The notes: generated by a model not told the origin, from the sequence alone. A DNA stretch of 64,000 bases from a virus (IMGVR_UViG_3300028549_000507:32001-96000), one strand, 5' to 3'; numbered from the stretch's first letter, positions 37,423-47,389 are shown. A program made the numbers and translations.

Positions 37423-38805
37423 ATGAATGTTCAAGCTATTTCAATCGTACCTCCAACAGAAGCTAAAGATAACTATGCACTGACTCCAGAGCTTTGTGCT
37501 GCTGTATTGGCTAAGTTTTCAAGATCAAATGATGGTTTAGATACAATTATGAAAAATGTTGATATCGAAAACTCTCAGAAATCAGTAGATAACATATTTA
37601 AGTTTATCGATTATGGACATGCTTCTATTGGTGGTCTTACTGGCGGGATTCCGATTGTATTGGACGGAATTTCGATGTTCTTGGCATACAAACTATTCGA
37701 TATTGCACAACTTACAGATGGTCAGGAATCATCTACTCGATATATTACTATGACAAAAGAATCTCTTTTAAGTCCTGAGGAAATGGGTATTGATGATCCA
37801 GAACTTGCGGAACAATATCTTTCGGTTATGGGTGAAGCGTTTGATGTATATAATGAAGTATACAATGATCTCGATAGACTCGCAAAAGAACAACCTGAAT
37901 TAACTCGTATTCCAAAAGACGTAGCTCCTAAAGTAAGAGAGCGTATGCTTAAAAATTACGCATTAGATAGAGCTCGCTATTTCATTCCGTTCGGAACAAA
38001 GACATCTGCAGCATATATTATGACTGCTCGAGTATGGGCTGATACGATTAAACGTCTTGAATCATACGAAGTACCAGAGTTTAAAGAAGCTGCTTCTAAA
38101 ATTCGAGTTGAACTTGAGAAGTATTCTAAAAACCTCATCAGACATAGTCATGCTGATGATAACTCGATTTATGTTGCGAAGATGGAAAGTGATCTTTGGT
38201 TTAATAGTGACACTGAATATGATTCTGAAATTATTGGGTTGTATGATAGTGAACATTATACTCAACTTGATGATTTTAATCATAAAATCGATACAAGATA
38301 TGATGATTATGATGTACTTCAATCCGTTAAAACAAAATTGAACAGATATGCTCAATATTGTCATGAGATTAAGAACCGCACAATCAGATTTCTTATTAAA
38401 GGTATTACTATTGCGGAACTTCGCGACCTAAATAGACATAGATCAGGACATCGTTTCTCGGATCTTAATGTTCGCGGACTTTATATTAGTAAAGAAGTTC
38501 GTGATATGAAGAATCCTAAAATTGATGAGTTCCTTTCAAGATATGTTGATCTTGTTAGAAATATGAAAGATTACTCTTATGGTAATGAGTTGAATATCAT
38601 TCCATATAGCTTCCTCCTAGGAACTCAGGTAGATTTCGAACACACTACTCAGTTGGATAAATTTATCTATGAAGCTGAGCTTAGAACTGGCCTTGGTTCT
38701 CACTATATGTATGCTCACCACTTTACTTGTTTAACAATGGACTTTATTGATAAAAATCCATTGTTTGAAGATTATATCGAACTCGGTACAGCCGAGCCGG
38801 AATAA
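37423..38805 (+). CDS. thyX: FAD-dependent thymidylate synthase, tandem-domain type
   Basis: YGHASIG, QESSTRY, RARYFIP, LRDLNRHR; late-type promoter at 37374-37385. Confidence 0.85.
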   Translation: MNVQAISIVPPTEAKDNYALTPELCAAVLAKFSRSNDGLDTIMKNVDIENSQKSVDNIFKFIDYGHASIGGLTGGIPIVLDGISMFLAYKLFDIAQLTDGQESSTRYITMTKESLLSPEEMGIDDPELAEQYLSVMGEAFDVYNEVYNDLDRLAKEQPELTRIPKDVAPKVRERMLKNYALDRARYFIPFGTKTSAAYIMTARVWADTIKRLESYEVPEFKEAASKIRVELEKYSKNLIRHSHADDNSIYVAKMESDLWFNSDTEYDSEIIGLYDSEHYTQLDDFNHKIDTRYDDYDVLQSVKTKLNRYAQYCHEIKNRTIRFLIKGITIAELRDLNRHRSGHRFSDLNVRGLYISKEVRDMKNPKIDEFLSRYVDLVRNMKDYSYGNELNIIPYSFLLGTQVDFEHTTQLDKFIYEAELRTGLGSHYMYAHHFTCLTMDFIDKNPLFEDYIELGTAEPE

Positions 38806-38899
38806 AAAAAAATAAGTATTGTTTTACCACTAAACTAATAATGGGCTCTACCCATTATGCGGGATTCGGACCCGCGACTGTATACCTAATCTCTAGAGT
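38806..38899 (-). ncRNA. Circularly permuted tRNA-like RNA (YrlA-like topology)
   Basis: 5'->3' order: TAGGTAT, variable ACAGTC, T arm GCGGG-TCCGAAT-CCCGC, acceptor ATAATGGG-tagag-CCCATTAT, TA, D arm GTTT-AGTGGTA-AAAC, A, ATACTTA, U-tract; promoter motif at 38900-38915. Confidence 0.75.
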
Positions 38900-38910
38900 C
38901 ACTATTATAT

Positions 38911-39567
38911 ATGTATGTAAAATTTATTTTAAACATATCAATAGTGACAACTCTTATTAAAGGAATAATGATGGAAACCCAAATTCAAGTATTTAACAGA
39001 CTATGTGCTCTAACGGGAACAGTCACAGTATTGGCTGCTGATGAAATTCTCATGCCTCATTGTGCTGATATTGGCGGAAGAGAAGATTATATAAGATCTA
39101 GTAAAGAAGAATTTTATATAACAAAAGAAAACTACCCAATACATATCGGTAAGACAGTGGTATGCCCTATCGTTCAGAAGAATAGTACAACTAGATTCGC
39201 AGATTCTATTGTAACTCTTACATCTGACAATATCCATAAATATATTACTAATAACTATACATATAGAGAAGCTAAGGATCCTACTGGATATGTTAATCGT
39301 TATGAAGTATTTACTATAAATGCCATGGGTAAATCTTATACAAATATCCTAACCGGAACAGTCGTAACTCATACCGATGCCAATAATGATTCTACAGTAT
39401 CATTCTTGATTGATACCGATATCAGCGATTCTATTTCTGCATATTCTCCTACTATAGATAGGAATTATACGTATGAAGGGAAACAAGGATATTTGAGAAA
39501 AAGAGTTATAATGAATGTTAGAAACATCGATACTCTTGAATTTGAAATCTTTAAAGTGCATCCATAA
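38911..39567 (+). CDS. Hypothetical protein
   Basis: A late-type promoter at 38932-38943 suggests the real start is at MMETQIQ. Confidence 0.6.
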   Translation: MYVKFILNISIVTTLIKGIMMETQIQVFNRLCALTGTVTVLAADEILMPHCADIGGREDYIRSSKEEFYITKENYPIHIGKTVVCPIVQKNSTTRFADSIVTLTSDNIHKYITNNYTYREAKDPTGYVNRYEVFTINAMGKSYTNILTGTVVTHTDANNDSTVSFLIDTDISDSISAYSPTIDRNYTYEGKQGYLRKRVIMNVRNIDTLEFEIFKVHP

Positions 39568-39610
39568 AATACTATAAATAGTGGTGAGTGTAAACTCACC
39601 ACTATTATTA

Positions 39611-42310
39611 TTAGTTCTTTTCTTTCCAATAATATTGATGATATGAACCTCCATTAAGATTCATCTCAATACTCTCAGCAGTCTTTTTAACAGCAACTTC
39701 ATCGGTTACATCTAAGTCGAAAAAGTTAGGATCAGATTCTTCTAATAACTTCTTTACCACATCTTTATGATATTCCATTATATCAAACTCACCTAAATCG
39801 ACGCCATTATCTTTAAGGAAATCTACAACTTTAGAGAAGTCAATCTTCGCAGTTATTATAGATATAGCCTTTGACATAAGATCATTATAAGTAATGAGTT
39901 CTGTTAGATTCTTTTTACCTATAGCAATCTCTTTTATAATATCCTCTATCAGTAATAGCATTTGTTTATTTAATTCAGATAGAGTTAATTTATAGTTAGT
40001 ATTTTCAGATTTAACTATAGCATCTGCTATGAGTTTATCGATATCTATATCTTTAAGGGAAATTAATCCTTTTTCATCAATGATTTTATTAAGATCATTT
40101 AATGTAATAAATATAGAAGTATCAATCTCTTTTCCGATAACCACATATCCAGTAGAATCTTTTACTTCTGCATCCTTTTTAAGAGTAGCCCAGTCTGTAA
40201 GTGATTCTAATGTAATAAGTCCTTTATTGAAACGAACTAACAAATCTTCCATATTCTCCATCATAATTTTCATTTTATTGATATTTGATAGATAATCATC
40301 GACAATCGAGGATATATCATTAAGAATAGGATCATCTTTTAAAGTATTCATTAATTCTGTTATATATTGGTTAAATGTTTTATTTACCAAGATATTAATA
40401 TCATTCTTTATATTATTGAGAGCAACTTCAAGAAGATAATTAAAATTCACATTATCAATTGTCTTTATATTATTTGTAATAATATAGTTATTCACTATAA
40501 CTTGAGCAGTGTTTCCAGAAGGATCATTTGGATCTACAACAAATGTGCCATCTTTAATATCTCCAATAACATTCTTTATTATAGTTATTAGATCATAAGA
40601 TATAAACTCTTGAAATTTAGTATCTATGAATATAGCGATATCCTTAAAAATATCTTTTATAATATTCTGTATTTCGGCATCTGTAAGACCATTTGTAGTA
40701 TTTACAGTTATATTTGTTATATGCTGGTTTATCCAAAATAGAATAAGAGTTGCGGCAGTGGTGTCTTTACTCGGATCATTACTCTTAATTTCGCCAGCCT
40801 CATCCTTATTTATAATAGCTTTAACCTCTTCGGATGTAGTATCTTTTATTGTATCAGCAGTTTTCTTACCATCTTCGACAGGTTTAACTGCGTTAACAAC
40901 TTCCTCATACATCTGTGGTTCGGTAATTATAACCATATCTAAAAGAGGAAACATATACTTAATCTTAGCAGGATCAAACAGGAAGTCCTGAATTTCCAAT
41001 GTATATTTATATGCAGATTCCCACATCTCTTTAAGCTTATCAAACTTCAATATATCAGTAGATGGCATAAATTTACCAAGTTCAGCATCAAGTTTTTTTC
41101 CAAGATTAGTCATTATCTTATATTTTAATCTATCTGCTAGTTTTGGATTATATATTGCATCTTGTTTTGGAACATTTTCATACATATAAACATATAGTCT
41201 TTTTATGTTTAAGTTCCTAGGATCTATATATGTAAATTTATCTTTAATGTCATCAAAGAGTCCACCAACTTTTTTACCAATTTTAGATCTTTTAAATCTT
41301 GAGGATTTCATTGTAAATCCATCAAGGATCTTAGCACCAATACCAGTAGCAGTTATAGGATTGCCATTAGCATCTAATTCGGGCTTATATATCGGAGCTA
41401 TAGCATCAATTTCACTACCGAGGATAGCAAAACGTCCACCAAATTCTTTATCATTTATACCGAATACAGAAGGTTTAACATCTGCTTTTTTTAGTAGCCC
41501 TGAGAATACTTCTTCATCAACGTCAGTATAACTATTCAAAACTAATAATTTAATCAGTTGAACCATGTTACCTTTTACTTCCCTACACATACTCTTCATA
41601 CCAGAAACAACCTCTGACGGTTGGGATTCATCTAATGACAATGACTTACACTCATTGTATATATCAGAATATTTACCTACAACATATTCTACATTTTTAT
41701 AACATCCGAACTGTGCAGATATCACTCCATCTGAATGATATAAGTCCGATCTTAGTCCACTATACTCGATTTCCCAAAGATTATTCCACCATTTAAGAGT
41801 GTGAGATAATCCTCTACTAACTATTAGTTTTCGTATATAGTTATTATCATGCTCAAGATCCGCCCCTGTTATATCAAATGCCAACAGAGATGCAGTATAT
41901 ACTATGTCTGGTATAAATATTCTACTTAAGAGTGCTCCAATTAGATCATCAAGCAGTCCTCCGGCGATATTCTCAAGAGCACCCAATGCTCCAGTTAATT
42001 TATCTACACCAAGTTTCTTGAGTTTAGAACTATCTACTTTGATGGAATCCGCAAGTTTACCTTTAACATCAGCTAAACTTGGCATTCCGCCCTTTATATC
42101 TCCGAGAACCCCAGCAATTTTACCTATACTTAGCTTAGATTTACCAGATATCAACGTGCCAGATTTTATAGTATCAGAATGAGTCTTCATGCTTTGTTTG
42201 AATTTTACTAAACTCTTTCGAAACTCACTCTTGTCATCACCGGTTTTTTTATCGTACGTTCCCTTTTCGCCTTCAAAGGCGGAATTTATTAATGGCGTTG
42301 GTTCACTCAC
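39611..42310 (-). CDS. Large late-class protein, possibly virion-associated
   Basis: 899 aa; late-type promoter AACATCTTAATG at 42335-42346; GTG start behind GGAGG. Confidence 0.55.
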   Translation of the reverse strand: MSEPTPLINSAFEGEKGTYDKKTGDDKSEFRKSLVKFKQSMKTHSDTIKSGTLISGKSKLSIGKIAGVLGDIKGGMPSLADVKGKLADSIKVDSSKLKKLGVDKLTGALGALENIAGGLLDDLIGALLSRIFIPDIVYTASLLAFDITGADLEHDNNYIRKLIVSRGLSHTLKWWNNLWEIEYSGLRSDLYHSDGVISAQFGCYKNVEYVVGKYSDIYNECKSLSLDESQPSEVVSGMKSMCREVKGNMVQLIKLLVLNSYTDVDEEVFSGLLKKADVKPSVFGINDKEFGGRFAILGSEIDAIAPIYKPELDANGNPITATGIGAKILDGFTMKSSRFKRSKIGKKVGGLFDDIKDKFTYIDPRNLNIKRLYVYMYENVPKQDAIYNPKLADRLKYKIMTNLGKKLDAELGKFMPSTDILKFDKLKEMWESAYKYTLEIQDFLFDPAKIKYMFPLLDMVIITEPQMYEEVVNAVKPVEDGKKTADTIKDTTSEEVKAIINKDEAGEIKSNDPSKDTTAATLILFWINQHITNITVNTTNGLTDAEIQNIIKDIFKDIAIFIDTKFQEFISYDLITIIKNVIGDIKDGTFVVDPNDPSGNTAQVIVNNYIITNNIKTIDNVNFNYLLEVALNNIKNDINILVNKTFNQYITELMNTLKDDPILNDISSIVDDYLSNINKMKIMMENMEDLLVRFNKGLITLESLTDWATLKKDAEVKDSTGYVVIGKEIDTSIFITLNDLNKIIDEKGLISLKDIDIDKLIADAIVKSENTNYKLTLSELNKQMLLLIEDIIKEIAIGKKNLTELITYNDLMSKAISIITAKIDFSKVVDFLKDNGVDLGEFDIMEYHKDVVKKLLEESDPNFFDLDVTDEVAVKKTAESIEMNLNGGSYHQYYWKEKN

Positions 42311-42378
42311 ATTACCCTCCAGTTATTTATATCACATTAAGATGTTTTAAGAAAAAAAAGAGGCATTATAGCCTCTTT

Positions 42379-42963
42379 TTAATCCAGATCTTTAGCTTCA
42401 AAGTTCAATTGAACTTTGATAATGATATGGATTAATTCCAGAATACCAATAACGTAGTAAGCACTTCTCCAATCAAGAGTCAATGCTAATACTACACTAA
42501 ATCCAACCCCAGCAAGTCCACAGATAGCCTTTACGCTATTACGGATCCCGCGATACTTTTTCGCATCTTTAGGAGTCGAATTTCTAGTTAATACATCTCT
42601 AAGCCATTCATCATAACTTAGCCTTGTTAAAGCCGACAATGCAAATAACATTGTCAGCGTTATGGCGAATACCTTTGGATCATTTGATCCGAAGAAGCAC
42701 CATAGAAAAGCTAATATGTGAAAAGTCCAACCTAGCTTTTCCGATATTCTGTGCGGTAACATGACCGCAACTCCATCGAATAATGGGAATATTCTTCCCA
42801 TCGATGATATGAGCCCAATAGCCTCGGGATTCAATAATCCCAATACCATTGCAGATATTGTACTGGCACTACCGCCAGTCAATGCATTGGAACTATCCCT
42901 AAGGATAGTTTTAAGTCTCAACGACTTAACCTTATCTTCTGGAATTTTTATAAATTCATGCAT
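42379..42963 (-). CDS. Polytopic membrane protein in a solo early cassette
   Basis: About 5 hydrophobic segments; GGAGG SD; promoter motif at 43002. Confidence 0.65.
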   Translation of the reverse strand: MHEFIKIPEDKVKSLRLKTILRDSSNALTGGSASTISAMVLGLLNPEAIGLISSMGRIFPLFDGVAVMLPHRISEKLGWTFHILAFLWCFFGSNDPKVFAITLTMLFALSALTRLSYDEWLRDVLTRNSTPKDAKKYRGIRNSVKAICGLAGVGFSVVLALTLDWRSAYYVIGILELIHIIIKVQLNFEAKDLD

Positions 42964-43071
42964 AAATCCTCCTATAAATTATACGCATTCTTTATTTTCA
43001 TCACTACTATATATATAATTAAATTATACACTATATACAAAAAAAAGAGGTAATAATCCCTCTTTTTTTTA

Positions 43072-43704
43072 TTAACCATCCTCTTTTGAAAGTTCATATT
43101 GTTTAGTAACCTCATACAAATTTGAATTTGGATCTTTTGTTTCCAAATCATGTACCAGTAGCGATAACACATGCTTGCGCACATGAGATATATCTGGTCG
43201 TAATATTTCCTTCTTTGCAAATTGTAAATTACGAGCAACCTTAACCTTTTCGGCAAAATCTCTAGCTGCAATGAATGCTACAACTAATCGTCTAAATGCT
43301 ACATCGCCGACACCTTCTGTGCCGAGTTCAATAATTTTAGACACAACTCCAGACGAAATTGCATGAAAACCATCACTCATATCGGAATAATTTGCCGCAT
43401 ATGACAATTCGCTAGAGTTAATAGTTCTAACTGAACAAGTGTCTCTGAGAACGATCCAAAGTCTATCATCAATATTTTCAAAGATATTGATGATATTTGA
43501 CATAGTTCGTCGATTCATGAAGATGTCAAATGTATCAATATCCATCATATACGTTGGAAGATATTTTTTAGTTACATGGAAATTTAAGACTTTATCTTCA
43601 TCTTCACAATATCTGATACGAATGAAAGGTTTGTCATCGATATTCGTGAAATCTTGAGGAATGTGTTCCTCAAGAATTTCAAATGTTTTTGGTTTTGGTT
43701 TCAC
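43072..43704 (-). CDS. Hypothetical protein
   Basis: 210-aa ORF, last gene of the small-gene array. Confidence 0.55.
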   Translation of the reverse strand: MKPKPKTFEILEEHIPQDFTNIDDKPFIRIRYCEDEDKVLNFHVTKKYLPTYMMDIDTFDIFMNRRTMSNIINIFENIDDRLWIVLRDTCSVRTINSSELSYAANYSDMSDGFHAISSGVVSKIIELGTEGVGDVAFRRLVVAFIAARDFAEKVKVARNLQFAKKEILRPDISHVRKHVLSLLVHDLETKDPNSNLYEVTKQYELSKEDG

Positions 43705-43891
43705 ATTGTCCTTCTTTCTGCAAAGTATTGTATACTCCTATACATTTTTGACACACATTACCGTGATTATACTCATGCAACGATTCGAATTCTTCAATTT
43801 CCATAATTCCGTCACCATATGATCGTACAACAACTGGAGATACTCCACATAGTTTGTCAAAAGTATCAACTCTAACCAAGTGCTTTTTCAT
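43679..43891 (-). CDS. Small Cys-containing hypothetical protein
   Basis: LCG...VCQKC. Confidence 0.45.
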   Translation of the reverse strand: MKKHLVRVDTFDKLCGVSPVVVRSYGDGIMEIEEFESLHEYNHGNVCQKCIGVYNTLQKEGQCETKTKNI

Positions 43892-43902
43892 AATACCCTA
43901 TT

Positions 43903-44232
43903 TCAATGAATATTGTCATTTTTAGATTTATAATGCTCACAGTTTTTGTAACATCTACCTTGGCTAACAACACGACATCCCCAAGGATATTCTACATTAT
44001 CAATCGTAACAGTATGATTACAATGTATACAATCAATCTGACACAATGTTGGTTTCAAATCAACTTCAAAACTTTTGAGTATAGATTTTCTAGAAACAGA
44101 TGATCTTTTAGATACCTTTTTAATAATATCTTTAAGATCTTCTACTAGGTATGCTGGAAATACCTTAGGGTAGTTCTTCTTAAGTACTGATCCCATTAGT
44201 AGAGACATAAACGACATTTCAGGACTCATCAT
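43903..44232 (-). CDS. Cys-rich putative Zn-binding protein
   Basis: CQIDCIHC...GC...CYKNCEHY. Confidence 0.5.
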   Translation of the reverse strand: MMSPEMSFMSLLMGSVLKKNYPKVFPAYLVEDLKDIIKKVSKRSSVSRKSILKSFEVDLKPTLCQIDCIHCNHTVTIDNVEYPWGCRVVSQGRCYKNCEHYKSKNDNIH

Positions 44233-44238
44233 TTTAAA

Positions 44239-44607
44239 TTACTCCAAATCTTCCGATGCTAGTTTGAAAGATGGATATCGATCCACGAATATATTGTAAG
44301 CTATATTAAAGAATTTGTTAACCGTAATAAGGAATCCTTCTTCTTTAATATTCCATCCTTCTGGAGCGTTCTCGCACATAGATTTCCATTTCTTATGGAA
44401 TTCCATAGTTCTCGATACACACTTCTCAATAGTATGAGATTGTACTGTATGAGAAACTCTACCCTGCGGCAGGTGTAGTCCGTTCTTATACTCATTGAAA
44501 AACTCGACCAACAAAGGTGCTAATACATTATTAAAAGATTCATTATATTTAAAACTTTTAGGATCATGGATCTTAAGATACTTTTCAATATATTCTTTAG
44601 CTTTCAT
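44239..44607 (-). CDS. Hypothetical protein
   Basis: 122-aa ORF with GGAG SD. Confidence 0.55.
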   Translation of the reverse strand: MKAKEYIEKYLKIHDPKSFKYNESFNNVLAPLLVEFFNEYKNGLHLPQGRVSHTVQSHTIEKCVSRTMEFHKKWKSMCENAPEGWNIKEEGFLITVNKFFNIAYNIFVDRYPSFKLASEDLE

Positions 44608-44628
44608 TTAGTTTCTCCATTTTGTTAT

Positions 44629-44901
44629 TTAAATATAATATCTTGAGAATTCGATATCGATTGTAGTTAGAGCTAGTTTTGCTATATCATTACAGTCCGA
44701 AAGAGCATACGCAACATCGATTGCAGAAAGCCATTTTTCAATACTGTCATGTATTTCAGTTATGGATTTAAGAGCATAATTTTTAATTTTATCCTCAATG
44801 ATATGTGATGCTTCATGATCTCTACGAGATGAGCTAATCCTAAGATTTTCAATCATCTTGTTTAGTTCTAGTTCGGTAAGTTTCCCTATTTTAGTTTCCA
44901 T
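44629..44901 (-). CDS. Hypothetical protein
   Basis: 90-aa ORF with GAGG SD. Confidence 0.55.
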   Translation of the reverse strand: METKIGKLTELELNKMIENLRISSSRRDHEASHIIEDKIKNYALKSITEIHDSIEKWLSAIDVAYALSDCNDIAKLALTTIDIEFSRYYI

Positions 44902-44916
44902 TTTGTATACCCTCTT

Positions 44917-45295
44917 TCAAACTTTATATACATGTTCGAACCATACTTTAGTTGCGTCATCAACAATTCCGTTATAATTTATAGTAATCTCTTCCCCACG
45001 TTTAATATGACGTATTGACTCTAAAATAATCGTTTTAGAGTCAATACATCTATGATATTTTGCATTTGGTTTATATGAATGATTATATATTGATCCATAA
45101 CCCAATGCAATTGCTGACTGTTTTTCTTCCCAATTGAAATAGTAATTATATAAATAAGTTTTATCTATTTTTTTTAGTATCTTTCTCGTTTAAAATAATG
45201 ACAGGACAAATTTCAATAATTTCATTTTCTTTAATATCCGTCAGCGAGAATACCCCATTTCCATGAAGTGGGGATTTTCTAATTTCAATATTCAT
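44917..45295 (-). pseudogene. SET-domain protein-lysine methyltransferase, frameshifted at an A8 tract
   Basis: 5' frame MNIEIRKSPLHGNGVF...EICPVII; 3' frame YLYNYYFNW...ALGYGSIYNHSYKPNA...IKRGEEITINY. Removing one A from the A8 run (45168-45175) gives a 125-aa ORF. Confidence 0.85.
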
Positions 45296-45309
45296 TAAAC
45301 ATTGATTGT

Positions 45310-45600
45310 TCATGAGTGAGCTCCTCCAAATAATATTTTCATAGATGTTGGAACTTCAGTTCCTGTTAAATCGGATCTCACCAACGTTCTTGCACGACCT
45401 TCGTCAGGAGCACATACCATTGCAAATTTCCCAGCTTCATAACCGCCTTCAGGTGTCTCGGTTCCACGATGACTTCCACGTCTTACCAAACCTTTCAGTT
45501 TTTCTTTTTGTTCGGTGAGATTTCTGTTATGTTCATCCATACGCTTAACCCTCCCAGGTCTTTTATTTATAAAGTACATTAACAAGTTTCTTATCATCAC
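45310..45600 (-). CDS. Hypothetical protein
   Basis: 96-aa ORF overlapping the upstream gene. Confidence 0.45.
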   Translation of the reverse strand: MMIRNLLMYFINKRPGRVKRMDEHNRNLTEQKEKLKGLVRRGSHRGTETPEGGYEAGKFAMVCAPDEGRARTLVRSDLTGTEVPTSMKILFGGAHS

Positions 45601-46039
45601 CGACGATAGGAATTGTTATTTGATAGGGTGAAGTTGTTCCAACAACTTCCCTAGATTGTGTCATCATCGAGTATGGTTTCTTCCCTGTTATGAGGAATTT
45701 TGACAAGAAAGATTTAAACTTAACTCTCTTAAATATCTTTGATTCACACGGACTATTTGTTGACGCTAAACTGTAAAACTCATTGACGGTATTCTTCATA
45801 CTCACAATTTGTTTTTGAAATTGTGTTGTATCAATACCATGAGAATTCAACTTAATGATTCTAGACTTTACAACACGGCGTTTCAAGTAATAGAATGCTG
45901 ACAAATCTTTAACATTTGTCATATCAATGAATTTCTCAATGATATCTATTGCCGTAACGATCGTATTAAATCTGTAAGTTTCGAAACGATTTTTACACAT
46001 CGCAATGTTTACAATCTTTTTAGCTACGCGTTTATTCAT
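45563..46039 (-). CDS. Hypothetical basic protein
   Basis: 158-aa ORF with GAGG SD. Confidence 0.55.
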   Translation of the reverse strand: MNKRVAKKIVNIAMCKNRFETYRFNTIVTAIDIIEKFIDMTNVKDLSAFYYLKRRVVKSRIIKLNSHGIDTTQFQKQIVSMKNTVNEFYSLASTNSPCESKIFKRVKFKSFLSKFLITGKKPYSMMTQSREVVGTTSPYQITIPIVGDDKKLVNVLYK

Positions 46040-46054
46040 TTGTAATCCTCATCC

Positions 46055-46468
46055 TTATTTAAAATGGTTTCCTGAAGATTGTTCAGTTTCTATAACCAAC
46101 ACTTCTTCAACAATATATCTATCATTGAAGTCCGGCATATCTCTATACAATGCTTCTACATAGTCGTCGTAAATTTGAAATTTACATACGCGTTCATATT
46201 CTTTACAATTATCCCACTCAGTTTTACGATCCCGTAATATCGCTACTGCTGTATCATGAGTGATTGAGATATCCTGTTTAGCGTGCTCCAGTATAACATC
46301 ATTGATCAATTCGTTAATGTAAGATGTATAGTTCTCTCTAAACATCTTACATTTTGTCACCGTTACTGTAGGATCATACATTTCAGTTTGTTTATTCATA
46401 ACCATCACATTAATTGTATTTTTCTGCGATAGTTGAAACATTTTATTTACAAGATCGAGCTTTTTCAT
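46055..46468 (-). CDS. Hypothetical protein
   Basis: 137-aa ORF, translationally coupled to the upstream gene. Confidence 0.55.
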   Translation of the reverse strand: MKKLDLVNKMFQLSQKNTINVMVMNKQTEMYDPTVTVTKCKMFRENYTSYINELINDVILEHAKQDISITHDTAVAILRDRKTEWDNCKEYERVCKFQIYDDYVEALYRDMPDFNDRYIVEEVLVIETEQSSGNHFK

Positions 46469-46947
46469 TATACAATCCTTTGATTAATCTTCTTTCTTAT
46501 GGTAGGTATATCTTTTGGGTCTCCCAAAAATGCCCCAACAGAATGGAAACAAAGAACGTCTACAGAAACGTTTCGACGTTCAGTTTCATTATTGATCATT
46601 TTATTAATTAATTCAATGCCGGTATTTGACACACACGCCGTAATTACTCTGGATTGTAATCCCAATGTATCTACCCTACTTTTTGTTATAGAATCATTCC
46701 ATAGCATGTCTAGCCATCGTTCAGTGAGACACCCGCTGTGTAGTTCATAACCACGATTAAAAGTTCTGTAATAATCGACGATTCTATCGATATCCTTTAT
46801 GTTTACAAAGCGAAATTGTGCCCCCCAAGTTCCATGGTTTCCGGAATAGTAATCTAGAAGACCTCCACAAGTATTTCTATCCAACCAACATGGTGCATAG
46901 AACTCTCCGTTGAATTCTCTAACTAACGGATCAGTTTTCGCAATCAC
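46468..46947 (-). CDS. Hypothetical protein
   Basis: GTG start behind GGGAGG. Confidence 0.55.
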   Translation of the reverse strand: MIAKTDPLVREFNGEFYAPCWLDRNTCGGLLDYYSGNHGTWGAQFRFVNIKDIDRIVDYYRTFNRGYELHSGCLTERWLDMLWNDSITKSRVDTLGLQSRVITACVSNTGIELINKMINNETERRNVSVDVLCFHSVGAFLGDPKDIPTIRKKINQRIV

Positions 46948-46972
46948 GATAACCTCCCGGTTATTTTATCAA

Positions 46973-47203
46973 TTACCATACATTCGCCATATTAAATGGT
47001 GTAACCTTTAGCGTGTCCCCAATATTTCCAAGATTTGTTTTGGATGTAAATCTATACCCCTGTATACCGTCTGTTGTAGATATAACTTCGTAAACGGTTT
47101 GTTTACCGTTTATACTGACTATAACACACGTTTGAAGTTTATGGGTTGCATTTCCACATGATGTTATTAGAATGGATAAAATTAATATCAATTTACTCTT
47201 CAT
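46973..47203 (-). CDS. Putative small lipoprotein
   Basis: MKSKLILILSILITS-C signal/lipobox. Confidence 0.6.
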   Translation of the reverse strand: MKSKLILILSILITSCGNATHKLQTCVIVSINGKQTVYEVISTTDGIQGYRFTSKTNLGNIGDTLKVTPFNMANVW

Positions 47204-47221
47204 GATTTTTCTCCTTAATAA

Positions 47222-47371
47222 TTACTCTATAATTAATTCATCGAGGTTTCCTACAATGAGTTCACTAGGTTCATAACTAAAATCGATATATTCAATCTGC
47301 ATTGTATCGGGATCAAACCCTTCGTCCACAAACATTTGGTCGATTTTAGCTTTTATTTCTGTCCAAGTCAT
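47222..47371 (-). CDS. 49-aa acidic protein
   Basis: MTWTEIKAKIDQMFVDEGF...; GAGGAG SD; not in the ORF track. Confidence 0.55.
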   Translation of the reverse strand: MTWTEIKAKIDQMFVDEGFDPDTMQIEYIDFSYEPSELIVGNLDELIIE

Positions 47372-47389
47372 GATTTTTCTCCTCGATAA

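Noticed and set aside
38813-38888. Canonical tRNA gene or attP site
   Set aside because: Halves are in permuted order, there is no anticodon loop or CCA, and no integrase is seen. Kept as a tRNA-like ncRNA.
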